From Thermoanaerobaculia bacterium (GTDB taxonomy: Bacteria; Acidobacteriota; Thermoanaerobaculia; UBA5066): DNA of 64,000 nucleotides. The position numbers and the translations under genes were made by a program. The first letter of the stretch is position 1, and each line of letters begins with the position of its first letter. The notes beneath the pieces were generated by a model. It had not been told where the DNA came from, searched no databases, and worked only from the letters and a program-made list of their open reading frames with translations. The stretch covers positions 2,144,001 to 2,208,000 of the forward strand of contig CAVRAY010000001.1 in NCBI GenBank assembly GCA_963719225.1, written 5' to 3'. Below, piece by piece: positions 43,164-52,787 of this stretch.

Positions 43164-43958
43164 TCACTCCGATCGCCCCGGATGGTGCGCGCGCTGCGCC
43201 TCCTCGGGACGGTCGCTTCCCACAGGGCGTCCGTAATAGTCGGAGAGACGTGCTTCGTACTCGCGGTCAATGGCCGCGCTCGAATTCCACTCGGGGCTGT
43301 TCTTGATGTCTTGTCGAGACATGTCTACATAGACCTTGCGTTCGTCCCAGCTGATGCGACTTGCCCAGTGCGGCGCAATCAGCACCTTTTTGCCGAACCA
43401 CCAGTGGCTGGTGTCGATCACCAGGTAGCGGACTTCCCAGGTTTCATCATCGACGAGAAAATCGTCGACGTGACCGATCGCTCCGTCGGTTCCCTGTATC
43501 TGATATCTGCGAAGCTCCCTTTCGCTCCGTAAATGCACGTCACGGGACAGCTCGGAATGCCCGGCGGCGGTTTCGTCGGACCCGGCCGCCGCGAGCGCGT
43601 CTGGGTAAGAACCCCAGCCCCAGAGTCCCGGGGCCCTCCAGTAGTAGGGAAATCCGTAGTAGCGGGAAAAATCTCCTTCGTGCTGGCGGGAGACAGGTTT
43701 GTCCACATCGATACTCGGGCTGTTCCTGACCTTTTCCATCGTCAGCGCCAGGTGGAAGTGGCGGGTCGCCCACTCGGCCTTGCGGAAAGAGGCGGGTGAG
43801 ACGAGCACCTGGCGCCCATCGAGGAAGCTGCCGGGCTCGATGACGAGGTAGCGCACGATCCAACGCTCGTCGTCCAGAAGGAAGGACACGACCCTTCCGA
43901 TGTCGCCGTCGGTGGCGCTCGCCTTGTACCGCTCGAGATCTCTCAGGCTCCGTAGCAC
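43164..43958 (-). CDS. Tandem PRC-barrel protein
   Basis: Two A/GTDGxIG...LxDDxxWxVRYLV repeats. Confidence 0.8.
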   Translation of the reverse strand: MLRSLRDLERYKASATDGDIGRVVSFLLDDERWIVRYLVIEPGSFLDGRQVLVSPASFRKAEWATRHFHLALTMEKVRNSPSIDVDKPVSRQHEGDFSRYYGFPYYWRAPGLWGWGSYPDALAAAGSDETAAGHSELSRDVHLRSERELRRYQIQGTDGAIGHVDDFLVDDETWEVRYLVIDTSHWWFGKKVLIAPHWASRISWDERKVYVDMSRQDIKNSPEWNSSAAIDREYEARLSDYYGRPVGSDRPEEAQRAHHPGRSE

Positions 43959-44233
43959 GGATATTTCCTCGCCGCTTCGCGGTCCCGTTCGAAACCGTAT
44001 AGACACCTACGCATAATTGGCGCCATACCGCGGACATCGCCCAGCGGCGCCAGCCGGCTCGTTTTCGGCAGTCGGACGGTTCGCTCGCCGCGTCACGGCC
44101 CCGGCCGTGTGGGCGGTCCCGGTGCAAGATTTGCCGATCGACGGAAGGGACTGCAACCTCGGCGATCGGGGCACGGAGCCGACGGGATTGGACAGCCGCT
44201 TGGCCGCGCGCTTCCTCTTCTGCCGGCCCGCTC

Positions 44234-45562
44234 TCATTCGCGTCGACCGTCGTTCGACAGCCATCCTCCGGTGAACCCGGCGCGACGCAAGCCCTCGCGG
44301 ATCGAAGGACAGCGTTTCATGAGGTCCCAGAAGAACCCCGACCGATAGTTCTCGATCATCAGGACGATGGGGCCCTGGTTCAGGCCGTAGGTCCAGGGCG
44401 AGACCCAGCCGAGGCGGCCACCCTGTTTGCCCGGGTATGTCGCGTTGAACGTCGCCTCGAAGCCATAGGGATGGTTCTTGAGGTGGATCTCCTCGATGAA
44501 ATGGCGAATCGTCGGGAGCACGATCTCGGGCGCGAACGGAAGAGACGCGACGACCGACCACGGCGCGATCGTGCCGTCGTCCGGCCCGAACGGCGCGCCC
44601 CGTGCGACGTAATCGTAGAAGCGCCTTTCGACGCCGTCCACGACGAGCGTCGTGTTGCCCGGGCCGTCGCAGGCCGTGAGCCCCCAGCACCACTCCCCGT
44701 ACAAGGCATGGCCGAGCGGGTTGCGAATCGCGTACTGCTGGTGGACGAGCGTCGCCCGCCGGCTATTCTCGAAGTAGTCGATCCCGCGCTCGCGCATGGG
44801 AGCGTCCTGGATCTTCCGAAAGTCGATCCAGACGTGGGACAGCTGGTGGGTGAAGAGCGGCCCCGAGTAGAGGTACTCGTGACCGTAGATCTTCTTCCAC
44901 GAGTACGTCGTCGCCCACGCGGCGTAGGACCGGGCCGGGATCGGGTGCGTCGGCGAGGCGAGCGCGAGCACGTAGAGCAGGAGCGCTTCGTCGTACCCCT
45001 GCCAACGCCACGGGAGGAATCCGCTTTCCGGCCTCCAGCCATGGGTCAGGGTCGGGCCGTCGTTCAAGGCCCACTCCCAGTCGACGCGCTCCCAGATCTG
45101 CCGCGCGAGCGCCCGGATCCGCCGTTCCGATTCGGACGGCCCCTCGAAGTACACGGCCGCCGCTAGAACGCCGGCGATCAGAAAGGCGCTGTCGACCGTC
45201 GAGAGCTCGCACCGCCACGCTCGCCGCCCCGTCTTCATGTCGAGGAAGTGGTAGAAGAACCCCCGGTATCCGCTCGCGCCCGGCTCCTTTCCCTGGGGAG
45301 CGTTCCAGAGGAATTCGAGCGTCGTCTCGACCCGGCGGACCGCCTCCTCTCGATCGAGCAGCTTTCGCTCGACGCCCACCGGAAAGGCGGAGAGCGCGAG
45401 GCCGACCGCGGCGATGCTCGACGGCCAACCGGGAATGGTCTTGTCGGCGATCAGGCCGGTCGTCGCATTGAACTCGTTGAGGAAGTAGCCGAAGGTCTCC
45501 TTCTGAAGCTCGTGGCATAGCGCCGCGTCGTCGACGACGCCTGCCGGAGGTCGAGTGCTCAC
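44234..45562 (-). CDS. Glucoamylase-like / GH144-type glycoside hydrolase
   Basis: SIAAVG, GFFYHFLD, ELSTVDSA, PLFTHQ, WGLTACDGP, GLNQGP. Confidence 0.8.
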   Translation of the reverse strand: MSTRPPAGVVDDAALCHELQKETFGYFLNEFNATTGLIADKTIPGWPSSIAAVGLALSAFPVGVERKLLDREEAVRRVETTLEFLWNAPQGKEPGASGYRGFFYHFLDMKTGRRAWRCELSTVDSAFLIAGVLAAAVYFEGPSESERRIRALARQIWERVDWEWALNDGPTLTHGWRPESGFLPWRWQGYDEALLLYVLALASPTHPIPARSYAAWATTYSWKKIYGHEYLYSGPLFTHQLSHVWIDFRKIQDAPMRERGIDYFENSRRATLVHQQYAIRNPLGHALYGEWCWGLTACDGPGNTTLVVDGVERRFYDYVARGAPFGPDDGTIAPWSVVASLPFAPEIVLPTIRHFIEEIHLKNHPYGFEATFNATYPGKQGGRLGWVSPWTYGLNQGPIVLMIENYRSGFFWDLMKRCPSIREGLRRAGFTGGWLSNDGRRE

Positions 45563-45612
45563 CGCGAGCCGACCGACCGCGCGACAAACATGCTAAGGGG
45601 CGCACATTTCAT

Positions 45613-46614
45613 TCAACGGTGGCGCCTCACGGCGAGAACGGAGCAAGGAGCCCAGCGGACGACCCTCTCGGCCACGCTCCCGACGAGGGCGTTTGCGAGA
45701 CCGGTGCTGCCCGAGTTGCCGACGACGACGAGGTCCGCCGGCAGTTCTCCCGTCAGCCGAAGAATGGACGCGCTAGCCCCACCGTGCGTGATGACGGCTT
45801 CCCCTTCCACGCCGAGGCGTTCAAGTGCTGCCAACAGCCGGTCTCGAGCGCAGCGGTCGCTTTCCATCTTCAAATCGCCCGAGAACAGCTGCAGGAGCGT
45901 TGCAACGACTTCCGGTCCGAATGCGTCCGGCTCCGGCTCGACGTTGTGGACAACGGTCAGGCTCGCTCCGCGACGGCGTGCTTCCTCCGCGGCCGACGTG
46001 ATCGCGGGGAGCGACCGATCCGAGAAGTCCGTGGCTGCGAGGATTTTCCCGCTTCGGGGACCGCGCCGCGCCACGAGGACGGAACAGCGCGCATGTCGGA
46101 CGACCCTCTCGGCCACCTCGCCGAGGTGCTGCATCCCGAGGCCCGTCGCTCCCTTGCTTCCGACCACGATCAGGTCGGCGCCGAGCTCGTCGGCTCGGTG
46201 CACGATCGCGGCGTGAGGCGCGCCCTCGACCACGAGTGCCTTGGCCTCGCTCGACGACGCGCCGGCCAGCGAGTCGACCCTCGAGATCAGTTCCTTCCGG
46301 GCCTGCTCGCGGGCGGCTTCGAAGGCCGCCCGAGCTCGGAGGTGGCGCCTCAGGCGAGTGAGCGCCGGATGTCTCCCGTCCGGGCTCGACGTCACGTGGA
46401 GGACCTCGAGAGAAGCGCCGTAGGCGTGGGACAGGATGCCGGCCTGGCGGATCGCCTCGTCGGCGCCTTCGCTCAGGTCGCTGGCGCAGACGATGCGGCG
46501 AAGCGGGCTGACGCTCCTTGCCTGGCGTTCCGGACCGAGCGCTCTCACGGCGTCGACCGCCGCTGCGTCAGGCTGCGACCCAGGCCGTGGCATCGTCGAA
46601 TTCATGGTCACCAA
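45613..46614 (-). CDS. Universal stress protein (two USP domains)
   Basis: DLIVVGSKG...LGEVAERVVR and DLVVVG...GSVAERVVR. Confidence 0.88.
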   Translation of the reverse strand: MVTMNSTMPRPGSQPDAAAVDAVRALGPERQARSVSPLRRIVCASDLSEGADEAIRQAGILSHAYGASLEVLHVTSSPDGRHPALTRLRRHLRARAAFEAAREQARKELISRVDSLAGASSSEAKALVVEGAPHAAIVHRADELGADLIVVGSKGATGLGMQHLGEVAERVVRHARCSVLVARRGPRSGKILAATDFSDRSLPAITSAAEEARRRGASLTVVHNVEPEPDAFGPEVVATLLQLFSGDLKMESDRCARDRLLAALERLGVEGEAVITHGGASASILRLTGELPADLVVVGNSGSTGLANALVGSVAERVVRWAPCSVLAVRRHR

Positions 46615-46930
46615 AGACCCTCACCGGGCAAGAGACGAGGAACCCGAGTACTTTTACTGCGTCGGCGACCCAGTGCGAGTCCGTGACGATTGCAACCCGC
46701 TCGAAGGCCTTGCGGTTCCTCAGGCCGACCACGGCGTCGTCCCAGAGGGCGGCGGCCGTGAAGCCGGCGAACTCGGATCCGATCCGATAGAGGAAGCGGA
46801 TCTTCTCGTGTTGCGTGAGCGCCTTCTCGACTGCCGGTATCAGGACAGACTCGTAGTCTCTGCCCGTGACCTTGCCTTTTGCCGAGATGGCGACGACGTT
46901 TTCCGGAACTCCGGCGATTACCTCAAGCAT
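46568..46930 (-). CDS. STAS/SEC14 (SpoIIAA-like) protein
   Basis: GKVTGRDYE, AALWDDA, ERVAIVTD; GGGA RBS. Confidence 0.75.
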   Translation of the reverse strand: MLEVIAGVPENVVAISAKGKVTGRDYESVLIPAVEKALTQHEKIRFLYRIGSEFAGFTAAALWDDAVVGLRNRKAFERVAIVTDSHWVADAVKVLGFLVSCPVRVFGDHEFDDATAWVAA

Positions 46931-47666
46931 GAGATCCCTCTTTCTTTGTAGGTCCTTCCCCCTGAACCCCCCGGCCGGCTGATGAACTCGCAAACCGTGT
47001 ACCCGTGAGCACCTCCGTACAGAGCCCGAACGAACAGACGACCTCACGGTGGGCGACGAGCCAGCCAGGCGGAATGAACGGTACGAGACGAAGGGGGCGG
47101 CATCCCCCGACGAGCCGCGGGCTTCGGGAATGGACGGCCGTCCAAAGCCGGCTCAGGAGACGCGACGGCAGACTCTCGCCGAACGTCAGGCTCGCCAGGC
47201 AGAGCATCCCGCCCGGAGCGAGGACGCGTGCCGCCTCGAGAAGCGCGGCACGGATCTCGTCCTCGCCGAGCAGGTCGAGGACGTACGTCGAAAGAAACCG
47301 GTCGCAGGCTGCGTCGGCAAGAGGAAGGGCCGGCGGCCCCGATGTCAGGTGCACGCGCGCCCGACCGGCCCACGGTCTCAGCCGAGCCTCGGCCAGCCCG
47401 ACCATCGTGGGGCTGACGTCGATCCCGTCGTACGTGGCGTGTGCGGAGAGCCGTTCGCGCAGGAGGCGCTCCGCGAGGCGGCCGGTTCCGCACCCGAGCT
47501 CCACGACCGCGCTCGCGCTCTCGAAGAAAGCATGGTCGAGAAGAGCGTCGATCGGCCGGTCTTCGTAGAAACGCTGGAGGTCCTGCTTGGAGCCGAAGGC
47601 GTCGTAAAACGCCCGTGCCTCCTCTTGGGAAAAGACGCCCCGCTTCTCCGTGTGGTCACGGCCCAC
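46923..47666 (-). CDS. Class I SAM-dependent methyltransferase
   Basis: VVELGCGTG, YVLDLL, LAPGG. Confidence 0.8.
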   Translation of the reverse strand: MGRDHTEKRGVFSQEEARAFYDAFGSKQDLQRFYEDRPIDALLDHAFFESASAVVELGCGTGRLAERLLRERLSAHATYDGIDVSPTMVGLAEARLRPWAGRARVHLTSGPPALPLADAACDRFLSTYVLDLLGEDEIRAALLEAARVLAPGGMLCLASLTFGESLPSRLLSRLWTAVHSRSPRLVGGCRPLRLVPFIPPGWLVAHREVVCSFGLCTEVLTGTRFASSSAGRGVQGEGPTKKEGSHA

Positions 47667-47674
47667 GCTCCGGA

Positions 47675-47980
47675 TTATCCAGCGTGTTCGATCCTGTGGA
47701 AGACCAGGGTGATCTCGTCCTTGCCCTTCCGGACCACGAATCCGTTCGGATCCGCGCCGGCAGGAAGGGGAAGGACCTTCTCGACGCTCTCGGTCGTCTC
47801 GAAGTCGCTCCCGCCCTTCTTCACGTCCTTGCTGGCTTCATAGCGGAAGCGGATGCGGTTCGCGTTGACGTCGAGCTTGACCGAGTTCTCCTTGAGCCCG
47901 GGGATCCCGAGCCCTCCTTCGACGGCCGAAGGGCGGGCCCGAACGGCCCTGATCCGACCGCCGCAACGCTCGTGTTGCAA
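47675..47980 (-). pseudogene. Possible Hsp20-like fragment
   Basis: IPGLKENSVKLDV...LPLPAGADP resembles an alpha-crystallin domain; no credible start. Confidence 0.35.
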
Positions 47981-48040
47981 CGCGCGTACCGGCAGAAATG
48001 GCGCGGTGATCCGGCCCCAGGCGAACTAATATTTTGACCT

Positions 48041-48356
48041 GGGATTCCTCATCGCCTCGGGAGCAGCGAGCCTGAGTCTCGTCCGCTCGCTTCCCGTCGT
48101 GATCCTGTCGCTCGTCGTCCTCTGCGTCGGAATGTTCTTCGTCCAGGGCACGGCCCCGGCCTTCGTGAACACGACCGCCCGGGAGGCGAAGGGCGGCGCG
48201 GGCGCTCTGTACACGACTTTCTATTACGTCGGGGCGACTTTCGGCTCGGTCCTGCCGGGCTATGCGTGGCAGGCGTTCGGCTGGCCGGGCGTCGTTGCGA
48301 CGTGTCTGGCGGCGTTCGCCGTCGGCCTCCTGTCGGATCTGGCCCTCTGCGCCTAA
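48041..48356 (+). pseudogene. Orphan 3' end of the YnfM-like MFS gene (diverged duplicate of ~37079-37397)
   Basis: Same C-terminal peptide (LCVGMFFVQGTAPAFVNTTA...LSDLALCA*) with many synonymous changes; no 5' part. Confidence 0.8.
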
Positions 48357-48386
48357 ACACGGCATATGATTCATTCGCATCAGCGA

Positions 48387-48415
48387 TTGAACTGCCCGGC
48401 ATGTTCCATTATCCT
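48387..48415 (+). promoter_or_regulatory. Possible sigma70 promoter for second porin
   Basis: TTGAAC-17 bp-TATCCT upstream of an AGGAGG RBS. Confidence 0.4.
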
Positions 48416-48458
48416 TTTCGCCATCCAATACGTCCGGCCTAGGAGGAGAGAAGCTCTC

Positions 48459-49627
48459 ATGCCGATTTCCGCGTACCGCGCATTGCGGACGACGACCGTC
48501 CGGGGCCTCACCGCCGCCTTTTTCCTGCTTGCCTTCGGCCGGGCCCAATGCGTTCGAGCCCAGGCCATCATCAAGGTGAACGACAGCATCAACTTCAAGC
48601 TGGGCATCCTTCTCCAGCCGCAGGTGGACTTCCAGGAGCTCGCGAACGCGACGCAAAACGGAACCAACGGCTACCAGCAGAACATGTTCATTCGCCGCAC
48701 GCGCCTCCTCCTCGGCGGCCAGGTGGCGAAGAACGTCTTCTTCTTCGCGGAGACGGAGAACTCGACGCTCGGAAAGTCGACGCAGGCCGTGGGCGGAACC
48801 ACGGGAACGAAGGCGCCCGGGTCGGGTTTCAACCTCGTCGATGCGGTCGCCGAGTGGCGCATCGCGAAAGAGTTCAACATCCAGTTCGGCGAGATCCGGT
48901 CGCCGTACAGCCGCGAGGGTTTGAAGAGCAGCCCGAGCCAGTTCATGCTCGACCTCTCGGCCTACGCGTTCCTCACGAGCTCGCCGCTCCAGAACAACGC
49001 CGGTCGCGACACGGGCATGATGTTCCGCGGCTATTTCCTGTGCGACCGCCTGGAGTACCGCTCCGCGATCTTCGGCGGCGTCCGCCTGCCGGGCGTCAAG
49101 AACTCGCCGCGATTCGTCGAGCGCCTCCAGTACAACTTTTTCGATACCGAGGTCTACAACTTCGTCTCGTACGCGGGTTCGTATCTCGGCACGAAGAGGA
49201 TTCTCGCGGTGGGCGCTGCGTACGACGTCCAGGGCGATTACCGGTACGCCTCGGCCGACATGTACCTCGACTGGCCGATTCCGATCGGCTCGTTCGAATC
49301 CACGATCCAGTACCAGTACGTCAACGGCGGCAGGTTCGTCACCGCGCTGCCGCAGCAGAGCACCTTCCAGATCGAGGGCGGCGTCTACATCAAGCCGATA
49401 GGAGTGGCCCCGATCGCCCGGTACGAGCAGAAGACGTTCCCAGCCGCCAACCCGAGCCTTCGACCGCGCCGAAGAACGAAGATCGCGTCGCCCTCGGCCT
49501 GAACTTCTATCCGATCCAGAAGTCTCCTTACAACTTCAACCTCAAGGTCTGGTGGCAGCGCGTGCATGTCAAGCCGGGTTACGCCACGAACCAGTTCACG
49601 TTCCAGATGCAGGCCTACTACTTCTGA
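48459..49627 (+). CDS. Outer-membrane porin, paralog of 10813-11949, frameshift near 49460
   Basis: AQAIIKVND..NFKLGILLQ, GGQVAK, GRDTG; C-terminus TNQFTFQMQAYYF in another frame. Confidence 0.75.
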
Positions 49628-49718
49628 TCTCGCCGCGCCACAGGGCGCGTTTCCGGAATCGATCGCACAAACCACCGCCCCTCTTTCCGAGGGGCGGTCC
49701 CGTCATGGAGGAGAGCTC

Positions 49719-50932
49719 ATGAAATCGAACCGACCCTCCCGCTTGCTCCTCGTCCTCGCCGGCGCGCTCCTGGCGGCCCTTCCCGCCCCCGCCCAGGACG
49801 TCATCAAGATCGGAGCCGTGCTGCCCGTCACGGGCAAGGAATCCAAGATCGGGGGCGCCTTCAAGGCGGCCACGGAATACGCCGTCAAGGAAGTGAACGA
49901 CGCCGGCGGGCTCGACGTGGGCGGCAAGAAGATGAAGGTCGAACTCTCCCTTCTCGACGACACCTCGGACGGCGCCCGCAGCGCGCAGCTCGTCGAGCAG
50001 CTCATGGCCCAGCAGAAGGTCCACGCCGTCATCGGCGGCTACGGCTCCCAGCTCGTGCAGGCGCAGAGCGTCGTTCCCGACCGCTACGGGATTCCGTACG
50101 TCTCCGGCGGAGCGGGCGCGACGAGCATCTACGGGCGCAGCAAGTGGGTCTTCGGAGTGCTTTCGCCCGTCGAGAACCTCGCGTCGACGCAGATGGATTT
50201 CCTCTCGGATCTCGTCGCCCAGGGGAAGCTGAAAAAGCCGCTGACGATCGCCCTCCTGATGGAGAACACCGAGCACGGAAAGGACTTCCAGAAGGGAGTC
50301 AAGGACTACGCGAAGGCGCATGCCCCGAGTTCTCCGTCGTCCTCGACGAGAGCTTCGAGCTTTACGCGCCCGACTTCAAGCCGCTCCTGGGCCGCGTCGC
50401 GGCGGCGAAGGCCGACCTCTTCATGTGCGACGCGCACCTCGAGGACTACATCTCGATGCAGCGCGCATACACGCAGATGGGCCTGTATCACCAGATGGTC
50501 ACTTACGGAGCTCGCGGCGCGGACGAGGCGGGACGAAAGGGCCTTGGAGCCGCGACGGACTACATCTTTGCGAGCGGCTGGTGGTCCGACCTCCTGCCCT
50601 ATCCGCAGGTAAAGGCTTTCACGGCGAAGTGGAAAGCGGCTGCCGGATCCGCGCCGCAGTGGTACCACGCGACGGCTTACGAGGCCGTGCGCGCGCTCTT
50701 CTCGGCGATCCACAAGGCCGGATCGCTGAAGCCCGAGCCCATCCGCGCGGCGCTCGCCGGAATCGAGCTGAAAGACTCGATCCTGCCGGGCGGCGTCCTG
50801 AAGTTCACGAAGACGGGCCAGGCCGTCCTCCCCTTCGTCGTGACGCAGAACAAGCCGAACGGCAAGGTCGATCTCGTGTGGCCGAAGGAGGCGCGTACGG
50901 GGGAACCCGTCGCCCCGATGCCGAAGCCGTGA
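49719..50932 (+). CDS. Third branched-chain-type ABC substrate-binding protein, frameshift near 50325
   Basis: Signal peptide, IKIGAVLPVTG, ENTEHG; continues in ORF ending PMPKP. Confidence 0.8.
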
Positions 50933-51402
50933 GGAACGGGACCCGCGTCGTCGCTCCGCTCGCCCCCGTCTTCGAGAGCGTCGTCGGGTCGACGATGAGG
51001 CCCGGCGATCGCGGCACCGCGAAGCTCGTCCGCGACTGGGGCGACCGGCTCGTCACCATCCGCTACCGCTACAGCAATTCGCCGCCAACGCGGTTCACGA
51101 CAGTCGAGCTCGTCGTCGCGTCGGCGCCATGGGCCCCTAAGGCTTCACGGAGCGTCCTCGTCGAGGTCCGGTCGTGGGAGGGAGAGCTCAGGGAGAAGAT
51201 TCGAGCCGCCGGCGGGCGGTTCGTTCTGAAGGCCATGCGCTGGCGAATCCGCTACGACAAGGCGATCGCCCTCGGCCTGAAGGATCGTGTTTCGTTCCTG
51301 GTCCCGCATGCCCCGCCAACCCCGAGAACCTCTACACCCGTAGGGACGCGAAAATCACTACCTGCACAGACATCCGGTCGGTTCAAGGGCAAAAGCACCT
51401 AG
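50929..51402 (+). CDS. Small basic hypothetical protein at the head of the cassette array
   Basis: GTG overlaps the SBP stop (alternative ATG 50995). Core MRPGDRGTAKLVRDWGDRLVTIRYRY...TTVELVV...ELREKIRAAGGRF...WRIRYDKAIALGLKDR; no tyrosine-recombinase motifs. Confidence 0.7.
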   Translation: MRNGTRVVAPLAPVFESVVGSTMRPGDRGTAKLVRDWGDRLVTIRYRYSNSPPTRFTTVELVVASAPWAPKASRSVLVEVRSWEGELREKIRAAGGRFVLKAMRWRIRYDKAIALGLKDRVSFLVPHAPPTPRTSTPVGTRKSLPAQTSGRFKGKST

Positions 51403-52731
51403 CAGGCTGCTGAAGAAAGGGCTCTTTTTCAAAGGAGCTTGAGCGGGAGAAGACACGTCAAGCTGAAAGAGGGGATTGCTTCGAGAGAGTGAGTCCGTGC
51501 TGCTCGCCTTTTTCGGCCCGCTTCGGTCGCACCGAGGGGCGCTTCAGGGGGAATCAGGCGGTCGAGGACTCCATTCGCGCCATTCGGACGAGGTTGTAGG
51601 CCGTCATCACGCTGAGGACGTGAGCCGCCACGCGGGCGAGTCCTCGGAAGCGCGTCTTGGCCAGGCCTCCGATGGTCTTACTCCAGCCGAAGATTTCTTC
51701 GACGCGCTTCCTGATTCGCTGGCTCACGGCGTAGCCCGCGTGTCTCGTCGTCCTTCGGTCGATGGCGCTGCGCCTGTTGGTGGTGTTCTGGGCCACGTGG
51801 GGCGTGACGCCTCTCTCTCGGAGCCTTTCGATGAAATCCCTCGTGTCGTAGCCCTTGTCGCCGGCCAGCGTGATGCGCTTGTCCGAGCCCAGCTCGTCGA
51901 CCATGCCCAGTGCGGCCGACCTCTCCCCGTAGCCGTCGGCCGTCGTTACGCGCGCCTTCACGCACAGTCCGTTTCTGTTCTCCATCAAGACGTGGCCGAG
52001 GTAGCACAGCTGCGAAGGCTGGCCGTCTCCCTTCTTGTAGAGCTTGGCGTCGGGATCGGTCGTCGAGGCGTGCGTGTCGTTGCGCCTCTTCTGGCCGCGA
52101 AAGTCGACATCGGCGTTGCGGCCGCCAGGAGCTGGCGGCTCATCGCCGCCCTTACCGTCCTTGTCCTTCCGGGGCTGGAAGCTCTTCAAGGAGGCGTTCG
52201 CTTCGATCAGCGTGCCGTCCACGGTGAAGTGCTCGTCCGAGAGAAGAAACTTCTTGCGGGCCTGTGCGACGACTTCCGAGAAGAACTCCCCGAAGACCTC
52301 GGCCTCCAACAGTCTCTGGCGGTTCTTCGAGAAGGTCGTCGGATCGAAGGCCGGTGCAAGCCCCGGCATGTCCAGGAACCAGCGGAAGAGAAAGTCGTAC
52401 CCGAGCCGCTCGCAGAAGAGCCGCTCGCTTCTCACGCTGTACAGCGCGATGAGGATCTGCGCCTTGAGAAGCATCTCGGGCGGAATCGATGGACGCCCTC
52501 GCTCCGAGTACAGCCTGGCGAGCTTGGGCTCGAGACGCCTGAGCGCTTCGTCTGCAAGCGCCTTCACCTTGCGGATCGGGTGGTCCCGCGGCACGAGCTC
52601 CTCGGGCGTCATCGTCACGACAAGATCGACCTGCTTTTCGTTGTCTCCACGCATGCACACCAAGGTGCAGCCGCATCGCGCAGCAGTCAATGCCTCGCCG
52701 CGATTTTCAGGAGCCCTTTTTCAGCAGCCTG
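51403..52731 (-). mobile_element. IS5-family insertion sequence
   Basis: Terminal IRs CAGGCTGCTGAA(G)AAAGGGCTC; CTAG duplicated at 51399-51402 and 52732-52735. Confidence 0.92.
51554..52654 (-). CDS. IS5-family DDE transposase
   Basis: GRPSIPPE, YSVRSER, VDGTLIEA, GDKGYD, RKRVEEIFGWSK, AYNLVR. Confidence 0.92.
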   Translation of the reverse strand: MRGDNEKQVDLVVTMTPEELVPRDHPIRKVKALADEALRRLEPKLARLYSERGRPSIPPEMLLKAQILIALYSVRSERLFCERLGYDFLFRWFLDMPGLAPAFDPTTFSKNRQRLLEAEVFGEFFSEVVAQARKKFLLSDEHFTVDGTLIEANASLKSFQPRKDKDGKGGDEPPAPGGRNADVDFRGQKRRNDTHASTTDPDAKLYKKGDGQPSQLCYLGHVLMENRNGLCVKARVTTADGYGERSAALGMVDELGSDKRITLAGDKGYDTRDFIERLRERGVTPHVAQNTTNRRSAIDRRTTRHAGYAVSQRIRKRVEEIFGWSKTIGGLAKTRFRGLARVAAHVLSVMTAYNLVRMARMESSTA

Positions 52732-52755
52732 CTAGATGCAGATACCGCTCTTGCC

Positions 52756-52777
52756 GTCTAATACTAGTTAGGCGGCC
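52756..52777 (+). other. attI-like array head recombination site
   Basis: GTCTAAT-ACTA-GTTAGGC with no preceding attC body; GTTAGGCGGCC is the exact reverse complement of the far end of cassette 1 (GGCCGCCTAAC, 53216-53226). Confidence 0.7.
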
Positions 52778-52787
52778 ATCAAGCGCA

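Noticed and set aside
50929-51402. Head ORF as a degenerate integron integrase
   Set aside because: Too short, co-oriented with the cassettes, and no R-H-R-H-Y tyrosine-recombinase residues are recognisable.
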